In this document: piece by piece, positions 10,638 to 20,836 of the stretch | How positions within the stretch are numbered: the first letter of the stretch is position 1 | Layout of the letters: the number at the start of each line of letters is the position of its first letter | NCBI GenBank assembly: GCA_965217035.1 | Contig: OZ244226.1 | Coordinates: 62,001-126,000, forward strand | Length of the DNA: 64,000 bases | Origin: Bacteriovoracaceae bacterium | GTDB taxonomy: Bacteria; Bdellovibrionota; Bacteriovoracia; Bacteriovoracales; Bacteriovoracaceae | Direction of reading: 5' to 3' | The notes under the pieces: generated by a model | What the model was told of the DNA's origin: nothing | What the model saw: the letters and a program-made list of their open reading frames with translations, nothing else | Database searches by the model: none | Position numbers and translations under genes: made by a program

Positions 10638-11596
10638 AAAAATTAACAAGTGTCATTCTCCTTAGTGCAATATCGTCTTTTGCTGTTCGATACAGTCTTA
10701 AGAAGGATCAATTTATTTCACATGTCCTTTGGGATAATGAGCACATAAATTATCAATGGGATTTAAAGCAAATTGCTGCGATTCTAAAGCACAATGGCCT
10801 TAGCTGGGAATCAGCAAAAAAATTACCAGTCGGGTATACTTTTGAGGTTCCTGCTACTCAACCAGTTACGACTGCCGGAAAAAACAATAGCTCTGATGAT
10901 CGTTCAATAAGCTCTTTAACCCCGATTAAGAATAACGGAACTCTTTCAACATCTTTGGAAATACCTAAGAGCAGTCCCGTCACTGAATTAAAGCTTGGTG
11001 TAACAACTGGAGTTTTTCATGAAGAGCTCGGTGTTTTAAACGGTGATAATAAGTTTATCTATTCTAATATGTCACAGCAGCTTGGGATTGTTTTTGAATC
11101 AGATAAAGAGGACTCTACTTATTACTCAGCGTCACTTAATCTTAGAAATCATGTTTACGATGCTAATTCTTCCTTTGGGATTAATGAAAATATCCAAAAA
11201 ATTACTCATAGTCTTATTCTTGGATATACTTATCGAAAATATCATAACTGGAAAGTGACTGGATTTGCTGAGAATGAGAACCGTCTTTTCTTTAATATTC
11301 AACCTGATAATACTTCTGAGATGCAAGTTGGGAACTCAACAAATCTTGGAATCTTAGCTGAATGGTCTCCTTTATATGTTGCCTCATCACTTTGGGGTTT
11401 AGGGGCTAATATTTCTGGAAGTGTTCTCTCTAATGAGCTTAATAGAAATGACGAATACCGAGTTTATCTTTTTACTGAACTTTACGAAGCAGGATTGAGA
11501 GCAGACTTAGGTTATTCCTTCTCAGACCTTGAGGCAAATTCTTCAAGTGTTAGAAATAGGCAAGTAGAGCTTAACGTTAATTACTTTTTCTTATAA
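10634..11596 (+). CDS. LysM-like domain plus outer-membrane beta-barrel protein
   Basis: Signal peptide, YSLKKDQFISHVL...ILKHNGL...LPVGYTFEVP LysM-like pattern, Ser/Thr linker, amphipathic strands, aromatic C-terminus (VNYFFL); ATGA overlap with the upstream lipoprotein. Confidence 0.6.
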   Translation: MKKLTSVILLSAISSFAVRYSLKKDQFISHVLWDNEHINYQWDLKQIAAILKHNGLSWESAKKLPVGYTFEVPATQPVTTAGKNNSSDDRSISSLTPIKNNGTLSTSLEIPKSSPVTELKLGVTTGVFHEELGVLNGDNKFIYSNMSQQLGIVFESDKEDSTYYSASLNLRNHVYDANSSFGINENIQKITHSLILGYTYRKYHNWKVTGFAENENRLFFNIQPDNTSEMQVGNSTNLGILAEWSPLYVASSLWGLGANISGSVLSNELNRNDEYRVYLFTELYEAGLRADLGYSFSDLEANSSSVRNRQVELNVNYFFL

Positions 11597-12149
11597 GCCA
11601 TTGCAAAAACTTTTCGTTTCCTTTTTTATGAGCAAGCTTTAAATAGTCGTCCCCATTTTTATCTTTTACTTCTAAAGGGCTTGTAAGGTAAAGTTCTTTG
11701 GCTATTGGATAATACTCTCTATCAATGGCGAGCATAAGTGCTGTTCTTTTATCATTTCCATATTTAAGATCTGTTCTCGCTTTATGCTTTAAAAGAAGCT
11801 TAACTCCGTTGAGGTCGTTATTAAGAACGGCGATACTTAAGCTCGTAGATTTATCATCTGGAGCTCTAAAGTTGATGTCGACTTTATGATCAACGATAAG
11901 TCTTTCAATCGCTTGAAGCCTTAACAACTCTTCATCTTCAGATTCCAGTCCATCATAGCTTAGAAAAAGCTCCATTACTGCATTTGTGTCATTAAGAGAT
12001 TCAAGAGGCTTATTTTTATCGAAATCAATAATGAACTGATAGTCTGAAGCAGTTATAGCGGTACTTAAATTCATTGTTTTTTTAATAGAGTGATTTTTGT
12101 TTTGTTCACCACAACCCATGAACAGCAATATTAAGATGACTATTCTCAT
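11577..12149 (-). CDS. Ankyrin-repeat lipoprotein
   Basis: Lipobox LFMGC; TSLSIAVLNNDLNGVKLLLKHKA, TALMLAI, DKNGDDYLKLA ankyrin repeats; ATGA overlap with dacB. Confidence 0.85.
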   Translation of the reverse strand: MRIVILILLFMGCGEQNKNHSIKKTMNLSTAITASDYQFIIDFDKNKPLESLNDTNAVMELFLSYDGLESEDEELLRLQAIERLIVDHKVDINFRAPDDKSTSLSIAVLNNDLNGVKLLLKHKARTDLKYGNDKRTALMLAIDREYYPIAKELYLTSPLEVKDKNGDDYLKLAHKKGNEKFLQWLIRKSN

Positions 12150-13645
12150 TTGATAACCTCAATCTTTTGATAGGGCTTGAAGTGTGTTCGATTTAAACGC
12201 TCAAGAGGTTTGTATTCAAACTCTTCCTTTCCAAACTTATCAAACATATCTTTAAGCATTTCGTATTGAATATTTCTGGCCGCATTCGCCTTGGCCCTAT
12301 AGTTATAACTCGTATAATTATTAATCATGACAAAATGCCTGAGACCTTTTTTCGTTTTCATCGTTCCTACAAGAGAGGATCCGTTCCCGAGAGTTCCTGT
12401 TTTTGCGACAAAGTTTTTTCTGAACTCAGACTTGAATCTTCTTGCCACAGTTCCTTCTACTCCAGCGACGGCCATGAATTTTTTGGTGATGTTTTTATAC
12501 TGAGTTTCAGAAGGAGTTTGAAATTTTTCGCTTCGCGGATCAAAGATGGGGTCATAAACTTTATTTGTATATTTCAAAAAGAATTCAAGAATAGAAAGAA
12601 CTGTTCGACAGCTGGCCCTATTACTTTCTACTTTCCAATTTCCTTTTTCTAATGTTTTGTAACTAAGACCTGATCCTGAAATGAATTCGAAATCTTTCTG
12701 TGTTTTCGATTCAGAAATAGTTGTTTGAAATTCTTTTTCGAATTGATTTTTTCCTCCGAGAATATGAAAAAGAAGATCAGAAGGCTGATTGGCCGAGTTA
12801 ACGTTGATGAACTTTATAATGCTTTCGAGATCAGTTGATGTATATTGAAAAACTTTAACTCCTGGTTTTAATCTTCCATTTGTCATAAAAGGATTTTTTT
12901 GAGAAGGAGAAATACTCTCTGCATTCATTTTTATTTTAGCCGATTTGTATTTGAAAATTTTCTTTTTTGCTTGGTAATCTTTTTCAATCGTTTGTCCGGT
13001 AAGCTTTGTATTGACACATTTCGAATGCCCTCTTGGAATATCTGCTTTTGAAACGATCCTTAGATTCTTTGTCCATTGAGAGGAGTCAAAATAATACTTT
13101 AAATCGTCTCTGGTATGCTTCTTCTCTGGAGTGTAAGGGATACAATAATGCTTACTCCCTTTTTCGTAAACTTGGGCAAAATAAGTATTATCTAAAGCTT
13201 GGGGAGTAAAATAAAAATTCTTATCAAAAGTAACTTTTTGAAAAGAAGTTAATTTATTTTGATTCATTTTATCAAAAACAGCATAAAGAGATCGCTTAGC
13301 AAAAGCAGGATCACTTCCTCCTTCGATATGAAGATCAATTCCATCTGTATAAAATTTTGTGATAAATTCATGCTGTGGTCCCATCTGAGATCGATTGATG
13401 GCCCAGAGAGAAGTGAAAATTTTAGAGACAGAAGCAATAACAAGAGGCTTATCGATATTACTCCCCCCAATTGTTCCATCTTCTTTAATATAACAAAATG
13501 ATTGATTGTTTCGTGGGAGAGATTTTGAAGAGCTTGCCTTAAGATTTTCTTTCCAACAGGAAATAAGATCATTTTTCGAGCAATTTGAAGCAATTGCTGG
13601 AAGAGTATAGGCTAAAAATACAGCGATTAGAAGACGAAAAATCAT
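12146..13645 (-). CDS. dacB: DacB/PBP4-family D-Ala-D-Ala carboxy/endopeptidase, secreted
   Basis: SxxK (ASVSK), SxN (NSAN), GSGLS, KTG (AKTGTL), GGSDP; signal peptide. Confidence 0.88.
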   Translation of the reverse strand: MIFRLLIAVFLAYTLPAIASNCSKNDLISCWKENLKASSSKSLPRNNQSFCYIKEDGTIGGSNIDKPLVIASVSKIFTSLWAINRSQMGPQHEFITKFYTDGIDLHIEGGSDPAFAKRSLYAVFDKMNQNKLTSFQKVTFDKNFYFTPQALDNTYFAQVYEKGSKHYCIPYTPEKKHTRDDLKYYFDSSQWTKNLRIVSKADIPRGHSKCVNTKLTGQTIEKDYQAKKKIFKYKSAKIKMNAESISPSQKNPFMTNGRLKPGVKVFQYTSTDLESIIKFINVNSANQPSDLLFHILGGKNQFEKEFQTTISESKTQKDFEFISGSGLSYKTLEKGNWKVESNRASCRTVLSILEFFLKYTNKVYDPIFDPRSEKFQTPSETQYKNITKKFMAVAGVEGTVARRFKSEFRKNFVAKTGTLGNGSSLVGTMKTKKGLRHFVMINNYTSYNYRAKANAARNIQYEMLKDMFDKFGKEEFEYKPLERLNRTHFKPYQKIEVIK

Positions 13646-13745
13646 ATATTATCAGTATATTAGTAATCTAAAAATAAGTGAGAATTTATAAGTGAAAGTG
13701 AAGGAATTATAGGGGGTGTAAAATTTTTGAGCAGTTCTAATAGGG

Positions 13746-13767
13746 GGGCCAGCAAGACTGCTGACCC
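13746..13767 (-). terminator. GC-rich hairpin just downstream of the 13779-14219 gene
   Basis: GGGTCAGCA-GTCT-TGCTGGCCC on the minus strand; no clear U-tract. Confidence 0.35.
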
Positions 13768-13778
13768 ATTATCGATTA

Positions 13779-14219
13779 TTATGGATTTTCGATATTGATA
13801 GTAGGGTTTCCGTCAGCGTCTAAGCATTGAATATCAGTAACATAACCATGTCTCGACTTAACTGACTCAAGGTGATCAACTCTTTCACCTTTTTTGTGGT
13901 GGTATCTTCTTGTTGTGTCTTCCCCATCTGCTTTTATGTTAAGAGAAATTTCACAAGTTTCGCCATTAGCCTTCATAACATAGTAATCACTTTGATAACG
14001 TCGAGGACTTTGAAAGCCTAATGTTGCTGCTTCAACTTTGTCATTTTCTGTGATTCCAAACTTATTATTTTTCAAGAAGCTTTTTAAAGCTTTTTTGACA
14101 AGATTTTGCTCTTTTTTTAATAGTCTCGCTTGGTGAATTTCATTAAGAGATTTTGCCTCATCTTTAGAAAAAGAGTTCAAGGAAAATAATAGAGTTGGTA
14201 TTAAAAACAATGCTTTCAT
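13779..14219 (-). CDS. Hypothetical secreted protein
   Basis: AGGAG RBS, signal peptide ending NSFS, two Cys. Confidence 0.65.
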   Translation of the reverse strand: MKALFLIPTLLFSLNSFSKDEAKSLNEIHQARLLKKEQNLVKKALKSFLKNNKFGITENDKVEAATLGFQSPRRYQSDYYVMKANGETCEISLNIKADGEDTTRRYHHKKGERVDHLESVKSRHGYVTDIQCLDADGNPTINIENP

Positions 14220-14338
14220 AGAATACTCCTGTAATGTTTTTTCTTTAAAGATAGTTTTTTTGAAGGTTATTCACAAAGTGGTTGTATTTATAACAAGTGG
14301 TTGTTCAAAATTTGATCAATTTAGGGTCTAAAATTGTA

Positions 14339-15213
14339 GGGCGTGTCTTCAAAGTTAGAAGGGTCTGAGAAAATGTAAGGCCTTTTAAGGTCATTTATCT
14401 TGGCCATTGATCATAATTCTACTTTCATAGATCTATGAAAACAACAGAACGATTATTTTTAACAAACACTATGTGGAAAAAAATAGAACCTCTTTTACCA
14501 GCTGAACGTGGTCGCTGCGCTCGTCCCTCAAAATGTAACCGAACAATGCTTGAAGGAATGATTTGGAAGCTTAGAGTCGGTTGTCCCTGGAGAGATCTCC
14601 CTGTTGAGTTTGGTCCTTGGCAATCAGTTTACACTCGTTTTAATCGTTGGTCAGAATCAGGAATCTTCCAAGAAGTTTTTGTTCTGATTAAAGACAAGTT
14701 AACAAAGCAAAACGTTGCCTTGGATTCAAGTATTGTTCGAGCTCATCAACATGCTCATGGTGCTCGAAAAAAAATGGTGATCAGAAGATAGGAAAAAGCT
14801 CAGGTGGTCCCACAACAAAGATTCACCTTTTAACAGACAGCTACGGTAATCCGGAGATCATTAAATTAAGTCCAGGCAATATTCATGACATTGATACCGC
14901 GTATGAATTTATTGAAGAGTTACCCGATCAAGTCGAGCAACTTCTTGCTGATAAAGGTTATGATGCAGATTTGTTCAGAAAGTCACTCGAAGCGAGAGGA
15001 GTAAGTCCTGTTATTCCAGGAAGAAGAAGTCGAAAGAAGGAGATTGTTTACGACAAGGAACTTTATAGAGACAACATGTTGTCGAGAATTCTTTTTGTAA
15101 CTTAAAGCAATTTAGGTCGATTGCAATGAGATTTGAAAAGCTTGCTCGAAACTATATGACCATGGTTTTACTGGGAGCGATTCTTATGTGGAGTAAACTT
15201 TGAAAACACGCCC
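14339..15213 (+). mobile_element. IS5-family insertion sequence (IS427-like), 875 bp
   Basis: Terminal inverted repeats GGGCGTGTCTTCAAAGTT / AACTTTGAAAACACGCCC (17/18 match), TA duplication at 14337-38 and 15214-15, two-ORF transposase. Confidence 0.93.
14435..15203 (+). pseudogene. IS5-family transposase with a programmed -1 slip at an A8 run plus an extra frameshift
   Basis: ORF A 14435-14791 (GCPWRDLP..FGPWQSVYTRFNRW, ALDSSIVRAH); -1 frame continues GGPTTKIH, LADKGYD; the final segment HVVENSFCNLKQFRSIAMRFEK lies in another frame from about 15072. Confidence 0.85.
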
Positions 15214-15461
15214 TAATTAGGGTATAATAATTTTGCTTTTGGTTCGCTGGTCTTAAAGGCAAATTGCGATGGGGAAGAGTTGTCAATGAAAAAGTAGCCT
15301 TGAACTTACTCAAAAATTTAATGAAAAAAATATAAAGATTGCTCAAGTTTTAATCAGTCTCTTGCTTAGATTTTGTAAATATTTCTGTTTTTCTCAATTT
15401 CAATGAAAATGAGGTTATAGTTATAAAGATAAACAAAACTTAAGAAAACAGGAAAAAAGTT

Positions 15462-15896
15462 ATGCGTTTTTTATTATTTTTATTATTTTCTCTTTCTCTT
15501 ACAGCAAAGAGTAGTGAACTTGAACTTGTTTCAAATAGTGCGAGTTACAAGGAAGCGGTTGCTTCTTGTAATGCAATCGATAAAAGATTACCAACTAAAA
15601 AAGAAATTTTAGATGCTTACATTGCTGAAACAAAAGCTAAGGTATCATCTACTGGTAGTAGCTATGTTTCTTCTGAAACTTGGAAACATGGAACAGGATT
15701 TTTTTGGACTCAAGAGAAATCTTGGTCTATGGATGCTTATGTTATCTTATCTCCTATTTTTGTTGTTCCATATCCAGCGAAGGTTCCTCATGCTCTCACT
15801 GTTTACTACTATAAAACTAAAAATGAATATACAGCCTATCATACAACTAGAAGACCTCAATTGGATGGAAAAGAGGCTAGAGTTCTTTGTATTTAA
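15462..15896 (+). CDS. Secreted protein with a DUF1566/C-type-lectin-like 'C...RLPT..E' motif
   Basis: Signal peptide; SYKEAVASC...KRLPTKKEI, FFWT, terminal RVLCI. Confidence 0.55.
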   Translation: MRFLLFLLFSLSLTAKSSELELVSNSASYKEAVASCNAIDKRLPTKKEILDAYIAETKAKVSSTGSSYVSSETWKHGTGFFWTQEKSWSMDAYVILSPIFVVPYPAKVPHALTVYYYKTKNEYTAYHTTRRPQLDGKEARVLCI

Positions 15897-17203
15897 TCAC
15901 TCGCTTTAGAAAAAAAGTACAGAGACGCGAGTCCTGGAAGAGCGAACAGCATACAGAAAAAATAAAAGTAAGCATAGCCACCGTTTGCTAATTCAGGAGA
16001 CACTCCGTCTAGGTATTTGATCATATCTCCGGCCAAGCCTGCAAAAAGTGTCCGTCCAAGAGAGGCAAGGCTTGCGAATAATGCATATTGAGTGGCGGTA
16101 AAGCGTTTATTAACAAGTGCCCCCATAAAAGCAACAAGTGCGGCTGTTCCCATTCCACTCGTCATATCTTCAAAGAAAACAATAAATGCAAAAGAAAGTT
16201 TAGAAGGAAAAAAAACGAGTAAGGTATAGCAACCTGTTGAAATTGCCTGAAGGATACCTGAAATCCATAGACCTTTTAGCTGACCAAGACGATAGATGAT
16301 ACTTCCACCGATTAAGAGTCCGAGTAAACTTGAAAAGAGCCCAAGCGTGGAAGCAATTTCTCCGATATCCTTATTGGAAAAACCAACATCAGCATAGAAA
16401 GGTCTACTCATAGAGCCTGCAATAGAATCCCCAAATTTAAAAAGAAAGATAAAGACGAGCATGATAAAGGCCCGATCTCTTTTTAAAAATTCAATAATAG
16501 GGCGACCAACAGTATTGACTAAAAAATAACCGCCAGCAACATAAGGTGTTTTAACTTCTTCTGGTTTTTGTGAAAGCTCTGTATTTTCTGGCTCGTCAGC
16601 CCAAAGAGTTGTGAGAATTCCTACCGCCATAAAGGCGGCAAGCATGACGAACATTTGATTAAAGGACCAGTTCCAAGTTTCTTTATCGACGACCCAAATT
16701 CCAAAACCTGAGGCGACCCACATAGCGATCCTATAACCGTAGACTCCAAAAGAAGCTCCAACTCCAAGTTCATCTTTATCGAGAATTTCATTTCTATAAG
16801 CATCAACGGCAACATCTTGAGAGGCACTAAAGAAACAAAGAAGAAAACTGACTCCTAGGATATAAGTGAGTGATTTATGTGGATCTCCAAGACTTAAAAG
16901 ATAAAAAGAGATAGCGAGAAATATTTGAGTAACTAAAAGCCAACTTCGCCTTCGTCCTATGCTTTTTATTGGAACAAAACGGTCAAAGAGAAAGGCCCAT
17001 AAGAAGTTATAAGAATAAGGAATCGCAATCCAGGAAAAGTAGCCAATGGTTGAAAGATCTATTTCTTCTCTTTTAAGCCATAACTTTATACTCCCATAAA
17101 CCACCATGATAGGAAGGCCACTAGAGAACCCAAGTAATGTGACAGTGAGCATCTTCTTTGTCATCAAAAGACGAAGAAGCTCCTTCATGCTGTGTTTATT
17201 CAT
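15893..17203 (-). CDS. ampG: AmpG-family muropeptide MFS permease
   Basis: LLGFSSGLP, GRRRSWLL, SASQDVAVDAYR, FTATQYALFASL. Confidence 0.92.
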   Translation of the reverse strand: MNKHSMKELLRLLMTKKMLTVTLLGFSSGLPIMVVYGSIKLWLKREEIDLSTIGYFSWIAIPYSYNFLWAFLFDRFVPIKSIGRRRSWLLVTQIFLAISFYLLSLGDPHKSLTYILGVSFLLCFFSASQDVAVDAYRNEILDKDELGVGASFGVYGYRIAMWVASGFGIWVVDKETWNWSFNQMFVMLAAFMAVGILTTLWADEPENTELSQKPEEVKTPYVAGGYFLVNTVGRPIIEFLKRDRAFIMLVFIFLFKFGDSIAGSMSRPFYADVGFSNKDIGEIASTLGLFSSLLGLLIGGSIIYRLGQLKGLWISGILQAISTGCYTLLVFFPSKLSFAFIVFFEDMTSGMGTAALVAFMGALVNKRFTATQYALFASLASLGRTLFAGLAGDMIKYLDGVSPELANGGYAYFYFFCMLFALPGLASLYFFSKASD

Positions 17204-17215
17204 TGAATAAGTATA

Positions 17216-18235
17216 TTAATAAACAGGTTGATATTCCAATCTTTGACCCGTTTTAGACGATTTTAACGCCAAATCAATGACTTTCATGGTGTTGACTGCA
17301 TCTTTAGGGTCGACCGGAACAGGTTTATTCTCATTTATTGCTTTTGCGAGAAGTTTATAAAAGGTCATTTGGCCGTCTGATTGAACTTTTGGAACTGGCT
17401 GTTCAAAAGACTCATAATATTTTGAAAGTGCTTGGTCCCATTTATTTGTTCCTGGTAAAATCTTTTGCTTGAGCAGTTCTTCTTGAGGGTCTATTGCAGG
17501 GAATGTGAGATGCCCTTGGTTACCGAAAACTTGAAAACTCGGAATGGGCTTTGAGATTAGTTTCGAGGCCCTTAAGACAGCTCTGAAGTTTTCATAATAT
17601 AAAATAATCTCAAAGTAGTCATGGTTCACAGCTTTTGCTCTTTGGATTTGAAGGTCAGCATAGATTTCTTTAGGTGATCCGAAAAGAGTTAAGCATTGAT
17701 CAATAAGGTGAGGTCCTAAATCAAAAAGTACTCCATTCCCGTACTCTTTACCTTCTCGCCAATGTTCTTTTGGCTCAGGATTGAATCGATCAAAATTAGA
17801 TTCAAAGAGCGAAATTCTTCCAACTAATCTCAGAGCTTCTTTTAAGATAAGGAAGTCATAATCCCAACGTCTATTATGGAAAGCAGTTAAGGAAACCTGG
17901 TTTTCTTGAGCGATTTCAATGAGTTTTATTCCGTCTTCGTAATGAGTAACGAGAGGCTTCTCAACAACAAGATGCTTTTTTGCCTTAAGACATTTTAGCG
18001 AAGTTTCAAAATGCTTATTATTAGGAAGTGTATTGATAATAAGTTTAATTTCTTGATCAGAAAGGATTTCATTAAGAGAATCTACTGCTTTTGACTGCGG
18101 ATATTCCTTCGAGAGCTTTTCATTTTTTGATGTCAGAACTTTGGTTACTTCAAATTCATTCAAGTGATTTAGGTGAGGGAGATGAAAAACACTTCCGGAA
18201 AGACCATATCCTAGAACGGCCGTTTTAATTGTCAT
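17216..18235 (-). CDS. Gfo/Idh/MocA oxidoreductase (YdgJ/IolW-like)
   Basis: GYGLSGSVFHLP, VVEKP, FHNRRWDYDF, GVLFDLGPHLIDQ. Confidence 0.9.
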   Translation of the reverse strand: MTIKTAVLGYGLSGSVFHLPHLNHLNEFEVTKVLTSKNEKLSKEYPQSKAVDSLNEILSDQEIKLIINTLPNNKHFETSLKCLKAKKHLVVEKPLVTHYEDGIKLIEIAQENQVSLTAFHNRRWDYDFLILKEALRLVGRISLFESNFDRFNPEPKEHWREGKEYGNGVLFDLGPHLIDQCLTLFGSPKEIYADLQIQRAKAVNHDYFEIILYYENFRAVLRASKLISKPIPSFQVFGNQGHLTFPAIDPQEELLKQKILPGTNKWDQALSKYYESFEQPVPKVQSDGQMTFYKLLAKAINENKPVPVDPKDAVNTMKVIDLALKSSKTGQRLEYQPVY

Positions 18236-19141
18236 TTATTCCTCTATAACGAGAGCTGCAGCTCCTAGAACGGCACCAAATTCCAGTGCTAAATTCGAAA
18301 GTTCAATCGTAAAGCTATCTTTTAAATTCGGAAAAATATATTGATTAATTTTTGATTTGATTGTTTCAACAAATGGTTCTCCGACAACCATTCCTCCGCC
18401 TATGAGAATAATTTTCCGTACGCCTAACAAGGTTACGAGTTGAGAAATACCAATAGCAAAATATTCAGCTGTCATTTCAAAGACTGTTAAAGTATCAAGG
18501 TCACCTTCTTGATAAAGAGGGACGATCTCACGATAGGTTTTATTTTGCCCTGTAATTTCTTGATAGGTTTTCTTGATTCCTGTTACACTGCAATAGCTTT
18601 CAAAATGGCCTTTGCCTCCACAGCCACAGAGTCTTCCGTCGGATTCTACTACGACATGACCAGCTTCGCCTGCCAGTCCATGATGTCCGCGAAGTAATTT
18701 CCCTTCGATGAATATTCCTGAGCCTATTCCTGTTCCTACAGTAATGGCAGCAAAGTTTTCATAACCCTGGCCTTTTCCCCAACGGTGTTCACCGATTGCG
18801 GCTGCATTAGCATCATTTTCGATAACAACTCTTTTGAAGATTTGATTGAGTTTTTCAAATATAGGCTCATCTCGCCAATTAAGATTAGGAGGATTGATAA
18901 GTTTATTTTGAACAGAGCTATAATTAGGACATCCAACCCCAACTTCTAGTTCTTCTCTTTTTATTCCATGTTCTGATAAGACAGGTTCGAGATTAATAAG
19001 AAAATTCTCAACGAAATTATCAAATGGTTGACCCGCTAATGTGTGAAATTTATGAACTCCTAAAACTTCTCCTGAAGGGGAGACCAAGGCAAATTTTGTA
19101 TTTGTTCCGCCAATATCAAGTCCTAGGACTGCTTTTTTCAT
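18236..19141 (-). CDS. ROK-family sugar kinase (glucokinase-like)
   Basis: GLDIGGT, ENDANAAAIGE, GTGIGSG, GEAGH, CGCGGKGHFESY; no HTH; ATGA overlap with the SSS gene. Confidence 0.9.
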   Translation of the reverse strand: MKKAVLGLDIGGTNTKFALVSPSGEVLGVHKFHTLAGQPFDNFVENFLINLEPVLSEHGIKREELEVGVGCPNYSSVQNKLINPPNLNWRDEPIFEKLNQIFKRVVIENDANAAAIGEHRWGKGQGYENFAAITVGTGIGSGIFIEGKLLRGHHGLAGEAGHVVVESDGRLCGCGGKGHFESYCSVTGIKKTYQEITGQNKTYREIVPLYQEGDLDTLTVFEMTAEYFAIGISQLVTLLGVRKIILIGGGMVVGEPFVETIKSKINQYIFPNLKDSFTIELSNLALEFGAVLGAAALVIEE

Positions 19142-20736
19142 GAGAAGCACCACCAAACAATAAACACACAGACAACAAGAATTGCTGAAAGAATCTTATC
19201 TATTCCTTCTCCTGGTGTTTTCTTACTACTGTCGTGAGAAAAGATAAGAGAGGTATCCTTCACTTTTTCAGTTGTTAAACTCACTATGATCATCAGTATG
19301 GATGAAATAAGAAAAAGGTAAGCGGCAAAATGAAGAAAGTTTTCCGTAGCGAAGCTATAAAGAAGGCCATCAGGATCGAGAGACTCTTTATTGATCTCAA
19401 GGACAAGTCTTGCTATTCCAAGAACAAACCCAGAATAGAGAGCAGTAAGAGCTCCTTTTGCATTAATCTTCTTCCACATAAGCCCTAATAGGAAGACTGC
19501 TGCAATTGGAGGTGAGATATAAGCTTGAACACTTTGGATGTATTTAAAAAGTTCACCCGAAACAAATCCCATCATTGGAATCCAGGCAATTCCAAGGACA
19601 ACAAGGAAAAGAGTCGACCAGCGTCCAATTGAAATGAGTTTCTTTTCTGAAAGATCAGGAAACTTTCTTTTGAAAACCTCATAAGTAATAAGAGTCGAAC
19701 ATGAGTTGAAAACTGAAGAGAGTGAACTCATGAGAGCTGATAAAAGCCCTGCGATGAAAATTCCCTTTAAACCCGTTGGTAAAACGTTTGAAGCAAGAGT
19801 AGGAAGGGCCATGTCATTCTTTGGCAAGACCAACATCCCTTTTTTAGAAAGCACTAAACAAATCATTCCAGGAAGAACAAAGATAAAAAGTGGAAGAAGT
19901 TTTAGAAAGCCCGCAAAAATAGTTCCTCTTCTGGCCTCTGTAATATTTCGAGCAGAGAGAGCTCTTTGGACAACATATTGATCTGTACACCAGTACCAAA
20001 CACCAAGGATAGGCGCTCCAAAAAGAATTCCAGTCCAAGGGAAGTCTTTATCAGTCATAGGACGCCACATACTCATAAACTCAGGTTCAAGATTTTTTGT
20101 TAACTCAGAAAAACCACCAAGTTGAGAAATTCCAAAATAGGTAAGGAGTAAACTTCCTCCAAGCATAACAATCATTTGGACAGCATCAGTATAAATAACG
20201 GCCTTAAGACCTCCGAAGACTGTATAAATTCCAGTTGCAACAACAACGAGTCCTGCTCCTATCCAAAAAGGAACTCCAATCGCCTCGAAAACGACTGCTC
20301 CTGCATAAATTGTTACCGAAATTTTAGTGAGGACATAAGCAATAATAGAAACGAAAGTCAGATAGTTTCGGGCCTGTTTTGAAAACCGGATTTCAAGAAA
20401 TTCCGGCATCGTTGCAACTGAGGTTCTCATGTAGAAAGGAACGAAAAACCAACCAAGCAGCAAGCAGATAAAACAAGCAAGTATTTCAAACTGAGAAACA
20501 ATAACTCCCGTACTTGCTCCAGAACCGGCTAAACCGATGAGGTGTTCAGAGCCAATATTAGAGGCGAAGATGGAAGCACCGACTAAAAACCAAGACAAAT
20601 CTTTACCTGCGAGAAAATATTCTTCTGAATTTTCAAACTTACCGCGGTTTGTGACTGCAAAAGCTAATACAAAAATTCCGATAAAGTATGCTAGGATAAC
20701 AGCTACGTCGATTTCTGATAATGTGAGTGATGTCAT
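19138..20736 (-). CDS. Sodium:solute symporter (SGLT-like sugar transporter)
   Basis: EEYFLAGK, SIFASNIGSEHLIGLAG, WYWCTDQYVVQR, SALMSSLSSVFNS. Confidence 0.92.
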   Translation of the reverse strand: MTSLTLSEIDVAVILAYFIGIFVLAFAVTNRGKFENSEEYFLAGKDLSWFLVGASIFASNIGSEHLIGLAGSGASTGVIVSQFEILACFICLLLGWFFVPFYMRTSVATMPEFLEIRFSKQARNYLTFVSIIAYVLTKISVTIYAGAVVFEAIGVPFWIGAGLVVVATGIYTVFGGLKAVIYTDAVQMIVMLGGSLLLTYFGISQLGGFSELTKNLEPEFMSMWRPMTDKDFPWTGILFGAPILGVWYWCTDQYVVQRALSARNITEARRGTIFAGFLKLLPLFIFVLPGMICLVLSKKGMLVLPKNDMALPTLASNVLPTGLKGIFIAGLLSALMSSLSSVFNSCSTLITYEVFKRKFPDLSEKKLISIGRWSTLFLVVLGIAWIPMMGFVSGELFKYIQSVQAYISPPIAAVFLLGLMWKKINAKGALTALYSGFVLGIARLVLEINKESLDPDGLLYSFATENFLHFAAYLFLISSILMIIVSLTTEKVKDTSLIFSHDSSKKTPGEGIDKILSAILVVCVFIVWWCFS

Positions 20737-20836
20737 GACCTTACCTTCATTTTAACTTAATCTTATACTTGCCAGCTCTTGTCAGTTTAACTATCCTTTT
20801 TCGGATTCAAAATAACCCCTAAACAAGGATGATTGC

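Noticed and set aside
15216..15340. Short open frame right of the IS (FCFWFAGLKGKLRWG...KKI*)
   Set aside because: Could be a 3' gene remnant, but it has no start, no recognisable motif and no matching 5' half left of the IS.
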